Assembly: GCA_965209055.1 (NCBI GenBank) | Contig: OZ242374.1 | Coordinates: 576,001-640,000 of the forward strand | DNA: 64,000 nt | Reading direction: 5' to 3' | DNA from: Acidobacteriota bacterium | Lineage (GTDB): Bacteria; Acidobacteriota; UBA6911; RPQK01; JAJDTT01 | In this document: piece after piece, positions 21,088 to 31,510 of the stretch | Numbering within the stretch: the stretch's first letter is position 1 | Layout: each line of letters starts with the position of its first letter | Position numbers and translations under genes: made by a program | The notes under the pieces: generated by a model | Told to the model about the DNA's origin: nothing | The model's database searches: none | What the model saw: the letters and a program-made list of their open reading frames with translations, nothing else

Positions 21088-21837
21088 TCAGTAGGTCGTA
21101 CGCCCGCCGCTGACGTCGAATACCGCGCCGGTGCTGTAGGAACACTCGTCCGATGACAGCCAGGCGACGAGCGCCGCGACCTCGGACACCGTCCCGGTGC
21201 GCCCCATGGGAATCCGGCTGATCATGCCTGCGATCCGCTCCTTCGTCAGTCTTTCCAACAGACGGGTCATGACCGCGCCGGGAGTGACGCAGTTCACCCG
21301 TATGCCCGTTTTCGCCAGTTCCAAGCCGATTGATTTGGTGAGGCTGATGACGCCGGCCTTGGTAGCGGCATAGGGCACAGCCCCGGCGACCCCCTCCTTG
21401 CCGGAGGCGGAGGAGACGTTGACGATGCGGCCATAGTCCCGCTCCATCATGTGCGGAATCACATGATGACAAAAGGCGAACACGCCGCGGAGGTTGGTCC
21501 GGTAGATGCGGTCCATCTCCTCCACCGGCATTTCCCAGGTCTTGGCAACGGGGCTCCCCACACCCGCGTTGTTCACCAGTATGTCGATGCGGCCCCACCG
21601 GTCGATCGACGTCCGGACCGCTTCACGGGCTGTCGCCTCGTCCCCCACGTCGCCGACGACGACCTCTGACGGCACCCCCTGACGGGCGAGAGTGCGCGAT
21701 GCCTGCCGGGCGGGACCGGGGTTCACGTCAACGACGGTCATCCGGGCCCCTTCACTCGCGAGACGTTGTGCGATACCGAAGCCGAGACCCTCTGCCGCGC
21801 CGGTGACGATGGCCACCCGGCCTTCGAACCTGGACAT
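21088..21837 (-). CDS. SDR family oxidoreductase
   Basis: TGAAEGLG, NNAG, YAATK. Confidence 0.95.
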   Translation of the reverse strand: MSRFEGRVAIVTGAAEGLGFGIAQRLASEGARMTVVDVNPGPARQASRTLARQGVPSEVVVGDVGDEATAREAVRTSIDRWGRIDILVNNAGVGSPVAKTWEMPVEEMDRIYRTNLRGVFAFCHHVIPHMMERDYGRIVNVSSASGKEGVAGAVPYAATKAGVISLTKSIGLELAKTGIRVNCVTPGAVMTRLLERLTKERIAGMISRIPMGRTGTVSEVAALVAWLSSDECSYSTGAVFDVSGGRTTY

Positions 21838-22037
21838 CCGTCCTCCTCCGTATCCGGCCCTTTCCAACTATACATTCGCCGGCTGCGCCGCCGCACGGCT
21901 CCAGGATCTCGCCAGCCGGAGGGACGTTTCGCGACGATGAAAATGGGCCCGGAGATTTGAGAGTCGGCGGACTTTCCCCCAATATCCAATGACCGCGCGA
22001 CACGCCGGCACGGCTCAGACCGGGAGAATTTGAGCAG

Positions 22038-22943
22038 TTGTTGGAAACCTGGGTCCCCATCACCATCGCGGCGGCATTCTTTCAGAACGCCAGGTCGTCG
22101 CTGCAGAAGCACCTCAAGGGATCGTTGAGCACGTCGGCAGCGGCTTACGTGCGTTTTTTCTATGCCCTGCCCTTCGTCCTCCTCTATCTGGCAATCCTCC
22201 GTTTCGGCGCCGAGTACGACTTCCCGGAGTTCAACCGGCGGTTTCTTTTCTTCGTGGTCCTGGGCTCCACGGCCCAGATCGCCGGGACGGCGCTCCTGAT
22301 CCACCTCTTTTCGTTCCGGAACTTCGTCGTCGCCACGGCTTACTCGAAAACGGAGACGATCCAGGCGGCCATCGCCGGAATGCTCATCCTCTCGGACTCC
22401 ATTACCGCATGGGCGCTGCTGGCCATCGTCGTGAGCCTGGCCGGCGTCATGCTGATGGCCATCGCCAGGCGGCAGTTGGCAGCCCGGGAATTGCTCGCCT
22501 CCCTGTTCGGAAGGACGGCGGGAATCGGTTTGGCCAGCGGCGCCGGGTTCGGTCTTGCCGCCGTCTCCTACCGGGCTGGCAGCCTCTCCCTCGGCGGCGA
22601 CTACGTTGCATCGGCCGCGTGCACGCTCGCAGCCGCCCTCTTGTTCCAAACCGTGACCATGGGACTCTACCTGCGGCTGAGGGAGCCGGGACAGTTGACC
22701 CTGGTCTTCAGGTCCTGGAGGATTTCAGGCGCCGTCGGTCTGGCCGGGATGTCGGCCTCTGCCTGCTGGTTCACGGCCATGACCATTCAAAACGCCGCCC
22801 ACGTGAAGGCATTGGGCCAAGTGGAGCTGCTCTTCGCCTTCATGGTGTCCACCGCTTTCTTTCGTGAGCGGGTCACGGGTCGGGAACTGCTCGGAGTCCT
22901 GCTGGTGGTGACGGGAATACTGATCCTGCTGCTTCGAGGGTAA
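22038..22943 (+). CDS. DMT/EamA family transporter
   Basis: About 10 TM helices; AAFFQNARSSLQK, YSKTE, LGQVE. Confidence 0.88.
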   Translation: MLETWVPITIAAAFFQNARSSLQKHLKGSLSTSAAAYVRFFYALPFVLLYLAILRFGAEYDFPEFNRRFLFFVVLGSTAQIAGTALLIHLFSFRNFVVATAYSKTETIQAAIAGMLILSDSITAWALLAIVVSLAGVMLMAIARRQLAARELLASLFGRTAGIGLASGAGFGLAAVSYRAGSLSLGGDYVASAACTLAAALLFQTVTMGLYLRLREPGQLTLVFRSWRISGAVGLAGMSASACWFTAMTIQNAAHVKALGQVELLFAFMVSTAFFRERVTGRELLGVLLVVTGILILLLRG

Positions 22944-22961
22944 TAGGGAGCGAGGTGAGAC

Positions 22962-24263
22962 TTGAGAGAAGGCGGCGACTCGTTTTATAAACCGGCACCC
23001 ATTCCCCGCTCCTTTCTGGAATACGTCCGGTCCATGGGACCCGGGATCGTGGTCGTCCTGACCTGGCTGGGAGCCGGGGACATCGTCGAGTCGGCCATGG
23101 CCGGGGGGAATTACGGCTATTCCCTCATGTGGGGCTTTGCGCTCTGCCTGATCCTCCGCTACCTGTTCGTCTCCCTCATTGCCAAATACCAGCTTTGCAA
23201 CCGGCGAGGCGAGACGGTGTTGGCGGGCCTGGGGCGTCTGCACCCCCTCTTCGCGCTCATCGTCCTCACGGGGACTTTGTTGCTCACCCACGGCATCGGC
23301 GTATTTCTGCTGGTGGGAACGGCCGGGATCTGCGTCAAGGTGACGGGAATCGGCAGCATTCCGGTGTGGGGAGCCGCTTTGGCCCTGGCCGTTCTGCTCC
23401 TGGTGATCCGGCCCCACTACCGGCGAATCGAAGTAATCTTTTTCGTGCTCGCGGGCGCCCTGTCGGTTTCGCTGATCGGACTGGCCGGTTGGTCCGGGCC
23501 GTCAGCAACAGGAATCGTCAAGGGTGTTCTGGGTTTACAGGTTCCCGAGACCCTGGGACGCTTCGACGCCATCTACCTCATGGTGGCCATGGTAGGCGCC
23601 ATTGCCGGCAGCCTGGGGAATCTCCTCTACCCCTACTTCATGCGGGAAAAGGGATGGGTCACACCCGGCCACCGGCGGGTGCAGAAATACGACCTGATAT
23701 TGGGCATCATCGTGCTGATCGTCCTGGATCTCTCCATCTGGGTCGTGGGGGCCGAAGTCCTCCATCCCAGAAACATCCAGGTCGTGGACCTGGAGAGCCT
23801 CTCGCTGCTCCTGGGCGAAACCATGGGCGAGGCAGGTTCTCTACTGTTCTACATGGGCGTCTTCGCTGCCCTGTTCAGTTCCATGGTGGGAAACGGCAGC
23901 GCCTACGCCATGCTCATCGCCGACGCCTATATTCAGCTCCGGCCCTCGGCTCGGGAGGCCTGCGGCGGCGATTACAAACGGCATCCCAGTCTTCGTCTGG
24001 CCACCTACTGGGTCGTTCTCTCACCCCTGATCTGGGTGTTTCTGGGCTACTCGGACTTCGTCGGTCTGACGGTGACGGTCAACGCCGCGCAGGTGGTGGT
24101 CCTCCCCTTCCTGGTGGCCGGAATCTGGATCTTGACGGCTCGCCGAGTCCATATCGGTGCCGAATATCGAAACCGCTGGTGGGACAACGTCCTGGTGGGG
24201 TTCCTGTTCGCCGTGGCGGCCGTCAGCGGATACTTCTCGGCGGTGAAGGTTTTGGGCCTCTGA
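22962..24263 (+). CDS. Nramp-like (APC fold) transporter
   Basis: MGPGIVVVLTWLGAGD...GGNYGYSLMW; about 11 TM helices. Confidence 0.85.
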   Translation: MREGGDSFYKPAPIPRSFLEYVRSMGPGIVVVLTWLGAGDIVESAMAGGNYGYSLMWGFALCLILRYLFVSLIAKYQLCNRRGETVLAGLGRLHPLFALIVLTGTLLLTHGIGVFLLVGTAGICVKVTGIGSIPVWGAALALAVLLLVIRPHYRRIEVIFFVLAGALSVSLIGLAGWSGPSATGIVKGVLGLQVPETLGRFDAIYLMVAMVGAIAGSLGNLLYPYFMREKGWVTPGHRRVQKYDLILGIIVLIVLDLSIWVVGAEVLHPRNIQVVDLESLSLLLGETMGEAGSLLFYMGVFAALFSSMVGNGSAYAMLIADAYIQLRPSAREACGGDYKRHPSLRLATYWVVLSPLIWVFLGYSDFVGLTVTVNAAQVVVLPFLVAGIWILTARRVHIGAEYRNRWWDNVLVGFLFAVAAVSGYFSAVKVLGL

Positions 24264-24302
24264 TCGCGGGAGGATTTCACACGCGCCGGCCGAGACGGCC
24301 GT

Positions 24303-25232
24303 TCAGGGGGTTGTCTTCTCGCTGTAGACCTTGGCGACCTGCGATTCGAACCAACTCCCCACGTGGAGGCGGACCGAATCGGGGAGCCGGATGGATTTTT
24401 GCAGCTCCTCGAGGCTCTTCCCGGCCTCCAGCCCCAACGCCACCTCGCGGTGCAGCGCGCGGATGAACGCCTTCTGCTTGCCCAGAAGCGAGCGGTCCGC
24501 GGGGGGGCCGTGTCCCGGCGCCACGGTCTCGACCCGAAGCTTTTCCAGCGCCTCGATGACGCCGATCCAGGAATGCGTGTCCCCGTCCCCCATGTAGTTG
24601 TAGGGGCCGTTGACCACGGCATCTCCGGTAAAGAGGATCCGATGGCGGGGGAGGTAGGCGAAACCGTCGCCGCGGGTGTGGGCGGTTCCGAAGTGGAGCA
24701 GCTCCAAGCGTTGAGTCCCGTCGTCGATGACCAACCGGTCGGGGTAGGTCACGATGGGGGGCTGGGCGCTCCTGAGCCCCAGTGCGGCGACATCCTTGCG
24801 TTTGGCGGTTTCTTCCTTCCAGCGGAGCGGCTCGAAACGATCCATCTCCTGGACCACGTTCTCGTGTGCGACCGTCACGGCTCCGGCGGAGACCCAGACC
24901 GGATTCCCGTACGCGTGGTCGCCGTGATGATGGGTGTCGAAAACCAGCCGCACCGGCTTGTCGGTGACCTGGCGGATGTCGGCCAGGCAGGCTTCGGCGC
25001 CACTCGGGAAGTTGGCGTCGATGACCACCACAAAATCGTTGAAGACCACGACCCCGTTGTTGCAATGGCCCTGGTGCTCCAGTTCTCCCTTCCGAAAATA
25101 GACTCCGGGCGCCAGCTCCGTCAGCGAACCCGGCTCGGAAGAAATCAGCGCCGCAACCATCCCCGAAAACAGCGAGGCGGCGGCAAGCGCCAACAGGATC
25201 CTGGTTCCCAAGGCAGGCACTCTCATCTGCAT
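24303..25232 (-). CDS. Secreted MBL-fold metallo-hydrolase
   Basis: THHHGDH, AHTRGD, FTGD, PGHG; signal peptide. Confidence 0.92.
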   Translation of the reverse strand: MQMRVPALGTRILLALAAASLFSGMVAALISSEPGSLTELAPGVYFRKGELEHQGHCNNGVVVFNDFVVVIDANFPSGAEACLADIRQVTDKPVRLVFDTHHHGDHAYGNPVWVSAGAVTVAHENVVQEMDRFEPLRWKEETAKRKDVAALGLRSAQPPIVTYPDRLVIDDGTQRLELLHFGTAHTRGDGFAYLPRHRILFTGDAVVNGPYNYMGDGDTHSWIGVIEALEKLRVETVAPGHGPPADRSLLGKQKAFIRALHREVALGLEAGKSLEELQKSIRLPDSVRLHVGSWFESQVAKVYSEKTTP

Positions 25233-25406
25233 TTCCTTCCCGGCTTCATCCCCCGCGATCTTTCGGCGGATTGTATCTTTCGGCCCGAGCACCGGCAAAT
25301 CCCGGAAGAAGTACGCAAGTAATGACTTTTGCGGATGGTTCCCAGGTGCTAACCTGCCCGGTGACGGCAGAGTCTTTCACGGCGCCAAGTTATTAAGGAG
25401 AGTTCA

Positions 25407-26453
25407 ATGGTTCAAAGAATCCGAAACCTGATTCTCGGGTCCCTGGCCTGCCTGGTGTTGAGCCAGCCGGGCCTGGCCCAGTTCCCCTCCGGAGACCCCA
25501 GCATCATCGCCGCCGGCGTCACGCTGGAGAAGCTCTTCGAAGGCGGATGCATTCTCACCGAAGGGGTCGCGGCGGCCCCGGACGGCACCATTTACTTCAG
25601 CGACATCACGTTCACGTTCACGTGTAAGAACGAGAAGGGTGAACCCGAAGCCGGGCACATCTGGAAGTATGACCCCAAGACCGGCGAGACCACTATCTTC
25701 CGTTCCCCCAGCGGCATGTCCAACGGCATCAAGTTCGATGCCCGGGGCGACATGATCATCGCCGAAGGCGCCGATTACGGCGGTCGGCGGATCGTCCGCA
25801 CCGACATGAAGACCGGAAAGAGCTACATCATCGCGGGAATGTACGAAGGCCGGAAGCTCAATGCCCCCAATGACATCACCATTGATGAAAAGGGGCGGAT
25901 CTATTTCAGCGACCCCCGCTACCTGGGTCACGAAACCGTCGACCAGGCGGTCATGGCCGTGTATCGGATCGACACCGACGGCTCGGTGCACCGGATCATC
26001 ACCGACGCGGGCAAGCCCAACGGCGTAGCCGTCTCCCCCGACCAGAAGACCCTCTACGTGGTCAGCAACGACGACGGGGCCACGGACTTTTCCCGATTGC
26101 CGCAGGGAACGCCGTTGAACAAGAACCGCATGGCGCTGCTGGCCTACGATCTGGCTCCCGACGGTACGGCCAGCTTTCGGGAGGTCCTGGTGGACTATTC
26201 TCCCCAGGATGGACCGGACGGCATGGTGGTGGACGTGGACGGCAATCTCTATGTGACCGTGCGGGATGTGACCCGCCCCGGAGTCGCCGTCTATTCCCCC
26301 GAAGGAGAGGAGCTGGCCTTCATTCCTACCGAGCTGCCGACCAACGTGGGGTTCGGACGCGGGACCGAGAGCAAGACCCTCTACATTACGGCCGGAAAGA
26401 GTCTCTACCGGATCCACGTCAAGCGGGAAGGCTACCAGCTTCCGCCCCGGTAG
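25407..26453 (+). CDS. SMP-30/gluconolactonase family protein
   Basis: TEG, YFSD, NAPND, KPNG, GPDG motifs; signal peptide. Confidence 0.93.
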   Translation: MVQRIRNLILGSLACLVLSQPGLAQFPSGDPSIIAAGVTLEKLFEGGCILTEGVAAAPDGTIYFSDITFTFTCKNEKGEPEAGHIWKYDPKTGETTIFRSPSGMSNGIKFDARGDMIIAEGADYGGRRIVRTDMKTGKSYIIAGMYEGRKLNAPNDITIDEKGRIYFSDPRYLGHETVDQAVMAVYRIDTDGSVHRIITDAGKPNGVAVSPDQKTLYVVSNDDGATDFSRLPQGTPLNKNRMALLAYDLAPDGTASFREVLVDYSPQDGPDGMVVDVDGNLYVTVRDVTRPGVAVYSPEGEELAFIPTELPTNVGFGRGTESKTLYITAGKSLYRIHVKREGYQLPPR

Positions 26454-26480
26454 CCGGACGGCCGCGGGGGTCGACGACCC

Positions 26481-27944
26481 TCAGAGAAAGCTCTGAACGT
26501 ACTTCACGATTCCGATCAGGGGGATCACCGTCAGCCCGATCCCGGCCACGAGGGTGCCCAGCCATAGCGGCCATCTCATCCGCAGCTCCTGCGGGAGATG
26601 GTATCGGTCCGACCAGAGCATGGCGAAGCACCAGAGGCCGCAAATGAGACCGGAACCCACCAGGGCCGCCGGCGTGACGATGAAGACCGGGTCCCGTTCC
26701 AGGAACCAGAGCAGGCCCAGGCCGGGCACCGCGCACCAGAGCAGCGTCCAGAGTCGGAACTTCTTCAAGGGGGCCTTCCGCAGCGAGGGGAAGAGCGCCA
26801 CCAGGCATTCCCGGGTGGTCCGGGTGTAGAGTTCGTAGGCGCCGTAGATGGTGCCGAAGAACGCGAAGAAGATGCCGGTCTTGTAGAGCCAGGCGAGCAG
26901 AGTCCGGACCAACGGCGACTGGTCCGGCCGGACCAGGTACCCCAATTGCAGGGTCAGCAGGTCGAACCCGCTGGGGATCTCCTGCCGGGGATAGAGGATG
27001 GTGGCCCCGAGGATGGCGAAACAGAGGGTGAAGATGAAGATGCAGGTGAACGACACCGTCACGTCGGTGCGCGGGGCCCGCAGCCAGGCCAGGCCCCGTT
27101 TCAGATTCTCCCGGCCGGCGTCCAGGGGACCCCGGCCCCGGCTGCCCAGCAGTCCCCAGCCCTTCTCCCGCAGCATTCCCACGTATCCCAGATAGTCCTG
27201 GGTCCCGCCTCCCACCGCTCCCAGGTAGGTGACCATCTCCACCCAGGGATTGCGCCCCCGGAATTCGGCGAAACGTTCCAGGACCCAGCCGTCGTACCTG
27301 GGCCGGGTGGGGACCAGGGTTCCCCCCAGCATGGCCAGGAGATCGGGATTCGACACGGCGGCCGCCAGGACCATGCAGAGGAGCAGCAGACCCACCAGGA
27401 CGGTCTGGACCCGCTCCAGGAATCCGTAGCTCTGAACCCAGGTGAAGGTCAGCGCCACCAGGATGAAGAAGGTCCCCCAGAGCCGGCCGAAGAAGACGTA
27501 GTCGGACACGTTTTCCGGGTCCGGGAAACCGACCACCCAGTTGGTGAACTCTCCCAGCATCTTGGGGAGTCCCCCGCCCACCCAAAAGGGCATCCAGACG
27601 ATGGTCATGACGGAGACGAAGAGGACGAACCAGCCGCGGGGGCCGGGCAGATCCATCCAACTCCGCAAGGGATGGCGGCCGGTCAGGGTGATGAACCGGG
27701 CGCCGGTATAGACCTGGAGGCCCTTCAGGGCGGAGCCGACCAGAAAACACCAGAAGAGGGAATAGCCGAAGACGGCGCCGCCCCGGGAAGCGAAGACAGT
27801 CTCGCCGCTTCCGATGGTGACCGAGGCGATGATGGCGCCCGGACCGAAGAGCTTGAGCATTCCCGTCAGGGAACGATCGCGGAGCTGGGGCGAGAGTTCC
27901 GGGTACCGGACGGGATCCTGATCACCGGACCTTGTCACCGACAC
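26481..27944 (-). CDS. Nramp-like transporter
   Basis: FGPGAIIASVTIGSGE...GAVFGYSLFW; multiple TM helices. Confidence 0.82.
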   Translation of the reverse strand: MSVTRSGDQDPVRYPELSPQLRDRSLTGMLKLFGPGAIIASVTIGSGETVFASRGGAVFGYSLFWCFLVGSALKGLQVYTGARFITLTGRHPLRSWMDLPGPRGWFVLFVSVMTIVWMPFWVGGGLPKMLGEFTNWVVGFPDPENVSDYVFFGRLWGTFFILVALTFTWVQSYGFLERVQTVLVGLLLLCMVLAAAVSNPDLLAMLGGTLVPTRPRYDGWVLERFAEFRGRNPWVEMVTYLGAVGGGTQDYLGYVGMLREKGWGLLGSRGRGPLDAGRENLKRGLAWLRAPRTDVTVSFTCIFIFTLCFAILGATILYPRQEIPSGFDLLTLQLGYLVRPDQSPLVRTLLAWLYKTGIFFAFFGTIYGAYELYTRTTRECLVALFPSLRKAPLKKFRLWTLLWCAVPGLGLLWFLERDPVFIVTPAALVGSGLICGLWCFAMLWSDRYHLPQELRMRWPLWLGTLVAGIGLTVIPLIGIVKYVQSFL

Positions 27945-27983
27945 TCGCTTTCCTCTTCTCTCGCTCGCGGCACCTGTGTCTTA

Positions 27984-29327
27984 CTACAGCTTCCAGGGCT
28001 TCCGGTAGTTGATGCCGGCCAGGCGTTCGGCTTCCGGATCGTTGACGATGCGTTCCCGTTTCGGATCCCACTCGACTCTGCGCCCGAGCCGGAAGGCCAT
28101 ATTGCCCAGATGACAGGCGATCATCGAGTCATGACCGATCTCCACGTCAGATCGCGGGAGCTCCCTGGAGCGCATGCAGTCCACGAAGTTCCGGACATGC
28201 CCCAGGTGATAGGCGCCCCGGCCCCGGATGTTGTGGCGGGGCTTGCCCCGAGACCGGAACTCCCGCGCCGGCTTGTCGATCTTGTCCGTCTCGGAGTGGA
28301 CCTCCCAACCGTTGCGGTCCACCACCAGCACACCGTCGTTGCCGTGGAACTGGACGCCGTGCTCCCGGGCTTCCGGACCTCGTCCCACGCCCAGCGCGTG
28401 TTCCCAGACCATGCTGAAGTCGTCGAACTCCCAGATGACCTGTTGGGTGTCGGGCGTTTCCATGGCGTCCCGGGGATAGCCGAACTTGCCCCCCACCGAG
28501 ACGGCCGACCGGGGCGCCTTCACGTCCATGGCCCAGTTGGCGATGTCGATCATGTGAGCTCCCCAGTCGGTCATGAGACCGCCGGAGTAGTCCCAGTACC
28601 AGCGGAAGGAGAAGTGAAAGCGGTTCAGGTTGAACGGACGTTCGGGAGCCGGTCCCAACCACATGTCGTAGTCCACGCCCGGGGGTGGTGACGCGTCCGG
28701 CTGCGCCGGCATTTCTCCCTTCCAGTCCAGATAGGCCCAGGCCCGGACCAGGCGGATCTTGCCCAGCTTCCCGCTCTTCACGTAGTCGACCGCGTCGGTG
28801 TAGTGGGGGGCGCTCCTCTGCTGCGTCCCCATCTGGACGACCCGGCCATGTTCGCGCGCCGCATCCACCATGACCCGGCCCTCGTGGATGGTCAGAGACA
28901 GCGGCTTCTCCACGTAGACGTCCATGCCCGCTTCACAGGCCATGACGGTGGGAATGGCGTGCCAGTGATCGGGAGTGGCCACCAGGACGGCGTCCAGGTC
29001 CTTTCGATCCAGAAGGCGCCGAAAATCCGAAGTCCGGAATTCGGCCTTCTGGCCGGCCGGATCCAGAATCTCGGACTGGGTGCGGTCCATCTGAGCCCCG
29101 TCCACATCACAGATGGCCGCGCATTGGATCCCGTCGATCTTGAGAAACTGCCTGAGATTGCCTCGTCCCCGGCCGCCGCAGCCGATCACTCCCAGGCGTA
29201 TCCGGTCGTTGGCCCCGTCGGTCCGGGCATAGGACAGGGCGGACGCAGGGCGGCCGGCGGCCAGGGCCGCCCCGCCCGTCAGGGCCGCCGACCCGGTCAG
29301 GAATCCTCGCCGGTTCTGTTTCTTCAT
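27984..29327 (-). CDS. Gfo/Idh/MocA oxidoreductase with Tat signal
   Basis: NRRGFL, IGCGGRG, ATPDHWH, YVEKP, DWGAH. Confidence 0.95.
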   Translation of the reverse strand: MKKQNRRGFLTGSAALTGGAALAAGRPASALSYARTDGANDRIRLGVIGCGGRGRGNLRQFLKIDGIQCAAICDVDGAQMDRTQSEILDPAGQKAEFRTSDFRRLLDRKDLDAVLVATPDHWHAIPTVMACEAGMDVYVEKPLSLTIHEGRVMVDAAREHGRVVQMGTQQRSAPHYTDAVDYVKSGKLGKIRLVRAWAYLDWKGEMPAQPDASPPPGVDYDMWLGPAPERPFNLNRFHFSFRWYWDYSGGLMTDWGAHMIDIANWAMDVKAPRSAVSVGGKFGYPRDAMETPDTQQVIWEFDDFSMVWEHALGVGRGPEAREHGVQFHGNDGVLVVDRNGWEVHSETDKIDKPAREFRSRGKPRHNIRGRGAYHLGHVRNFVDCMRSRELPRSDVEIGHDSMIACHLGNMAFRLGRRVEWDPKRERIVNDPEAERLAGINYRKPWKL

Positions 29328-29338
29328 GGCATCTCTCC

Positions 29339-29902
29339 TTATTCTCCATTCGGCCCGGTACGAGCCTTCAAATAGTCCAGGACCGGAGTGTCCTGGAGGT
29401 AAAAACCCTCGATCACTCCGTCGCCCCGATGCACGCGCAGCGTGACATGGGCGTCCACTTTACCGGACCGAAGAGCTTGTTTCCGCCCCGCCCCGGCTTT
29501 TGAAGCCACGTCTTCCGGCAGGTAGTAGCGGTCGAAAGGAAGCTGAATGATGCCCGACTTCCCTTCTCTCCGGACCTGCACTCTCAGGTATACGCCGGCT
29601 TCGGGGGGTTCATTCCGAACCGCCGTGAAGCGGCCGAAACCCTCTTGATCCAACTCCAGAACACCGTAGGCCCGGACGAGAGACGGTGTTTCGGCCGACT
29701 CGTCCAGTGTCACCTTCGAAGCGGGAATCTTGAATCGCACATGGCGCCCCAGAACCTCGTCCCGGGGGTCCAGGGGCTCCACCCGGAACTTGACCCGGAC
29801 ACCGTCGCGCAGAGTCCACTCGCGTTGGAGGATCATCCAGGCGGGAACGCCGAGCTGACAGAGGACCGCCGCGGCGAACACCAACGTCCTGAGCCGGATC
29901 AT
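29339..29902 (-). CDS. GDYXXLXY-like membrane-anchored protein
   Basis: N-terminal TM, EPLDPRDEVLGRHVRF, FDRYYLPE; coupled to the DUF2157 gene by a 4-bp overlap. Confidence 0.75.
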   Translation of the reverse strand: MIRLRTLVFAAAVLCQLGVPAWMILQREWTLRDGVRVKFRVEPLDPRDEVLGRHVRFKIPASKVTLDESAETPSLVRAYGVLELDQEGFGRFTAVRNEPPEAGVYLRVQVRREGKSGIIQLPFDRYYLPEDVASKAGAGRKQALRSGKVDAHVTLRVHRGDGVIEGFYLQDTPVLDYLKARTGPNGE

Positions 29903-31251
29903 GCCCCCACCCCCGGCGTCTGTTGTTCCGGCTCGTCTTCCGAGCGCCGGAGGCCGCGAAAACGGCGGACCAGAAAGGCGTTTGCCGCCAGGAAGGCGGC
30001 GCCCAGAAGAATGAAGCCGATCCCGCGGACCATGAGTCCCAAATCGGTGTCGAAGAATCTGGCCCCCATGAGCGCCGCCAGAATGAGCATTCCGAGATTG
30101 ACGATCCCGATCCTCGCCCGGCGGACGCCGCGAACCAGAACCGAGACTCCGGCGGCCAGCAAATAGAGATTCAACAGAAACACCGGGACCAGCGTGGACT
30201 CCAGCGCCAGCATCAGACCATGGGCAAGCAATGCAACCGCGCCGAAGGAACCCCAGAGCAGCCTCTGCGGACGGCCCTGGAACAGGCTGAACCAGCCCAG
30301 GATCACGGACAGCGACAGGCAGGTTCCGATGAGCACCATCCCCGGCGCGGCATCCGTCCAATTCCACTCCCCAGCGCCAATCCGTCCGAGATGTTGCCAA
30401 GCGTCGCCGTAGGAGAACCGGAAGGCCATCACGAAGATTCCCAGTCCGCCGACGCATTGCAGGGGCCCCTGCCAAACGCGGGGAGCCCGTCCGAACCAGA
30501 TCCGGCCCACCAGGTACAAGACGGAGAACAGCCCCGCGTAAGCGGCCAGATGAAGGTGTTCCCAAGACTCCGAGAGGGTGAAACCGAATCCGAAACCGAG
30601 GGAGACGGCGCCGATCCAGAGCAGGAGAACGGTTCCTGCGCTCTGCCGGTCCCCCCGCAGCAGTGACCCGAGATAGGGTGCAACCAGCGCCAGCATGACC
30701 CAGTAGAGGAGGGGGCCTTCCCCGGCGTCCGCCTCGACCCCTCCCAGCGCCGTTACCCCTACCAGATAGAGCGCCGCGGCCGATCCCGCTCCCGTCAGAT
30801 AGACGAGCGGCACCGCCAGCAGCATCCAGGTCAGGAGGAAGCGGCCGGGGTCTCCGGGAATATGGTAGGTCTGTGCGATGAGGGCCATGGCGGACCCCAC
30901 GGCCAGAAACCAGAAGCAGGCCGTCCCTTCGCGCCAGGACCGGGAAAGGACGGAACGGAAAACCACCCATCCGGCAGCCCCTTGAGCGCCCATCAGAATC
31001 GAGAAGGAGATTGCGGCGCGGAGCGGCCTGGAGAGCTCCTCCCAGTTGTACGCCAGAACCAGGATGACCCCGAGACCGATCAGGGCGGAACCGAAAACCG
31101 CGGTGACGGTCAGGCCGAGCTGGCGAGCGGCGGGCCTTCCGGCGTCGTGGTAATGGGAGCGCAGCCGATCGGCTGCATCCGTGGTCAGGATCCCGCGCGA
31201 CACCAGTTCGGGAAGCTCTCCCAGGAGCCAGTCGGGACCCTTCCTGCTCAT
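29899..31251 (-). CDS. DUF2157 family membrane protein
   Basis: WLLGELPELVSRGIL, GLGVILVLAYNWEEL, ALIAQTYHI. Confidence 0.85.
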   Translation of the reverse strand: MSRKGPDWLLGELPELVSRGILTTDAADRLRSHYHDAGRPAARQLGLTVTAVFGSALIGLGVILVLAYNWEELSRPLRAAISFSILMGAQGAAGWVVFRSVLSRSWREGTACFWFLAVGSAMALIAQTYHIPGDPGRFLLTWMLLAVPLVYLTGAGSAAALYLVGVTALGGVEADAGEGPLLYWVMLALVAPYLGSLLRGDRQSAGTVLLLWIGAVSLGFGFGFTLSESWEHLHLAAYAGLFSVLYLVGRIWFGRAPRVWQGPLQCVGGLGIFVMAFRFSYGDAWQHLGRIGAGEWNWTDAAPGMVLIGTCLSLSVILGWFSLFQGRPQRLLWGSFGAVALLAHGLMLALESTLVPVFLLNLYLLAAGVSVLVRGVRRARIGIVNLGMLILAALMGARFFDTDLGLMVRGIGFILLGAAFLAANAFLVRRFRGLRRSEDEPEQQTPGVGA

Positions 31252-31510
31252 ATTACTTCCGGCGAAGGAGGAGGTTCGGGGTCAACGGCGAGCCCGCGTC
31301 GCGCCGGAACCTGCTGGTGTCGAACGGGACACTTCCTTTTCCCCGGCTCCTCGACTTCCCTCCTCTATGGACCATGCTATGATACATGCTCTTTCGAGAC
31401 GGAGGTCGGCCCGGATACCCGTACGCAATCGGCGCCGTCCCGTACTTCGAGCAACCGAACAGTAACGTTTCAGGGCTCGTTCCCTGTGTCTCGTCCGGGA
31501 GGAACTTTGC

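Noticed and set aside
17464-21837. Methyltransferase-MFS-acyltransferase-SDR as a biosynthetic cluster
   Set aside because: No scaffold-forming enzyme, and the two pairs are convergent
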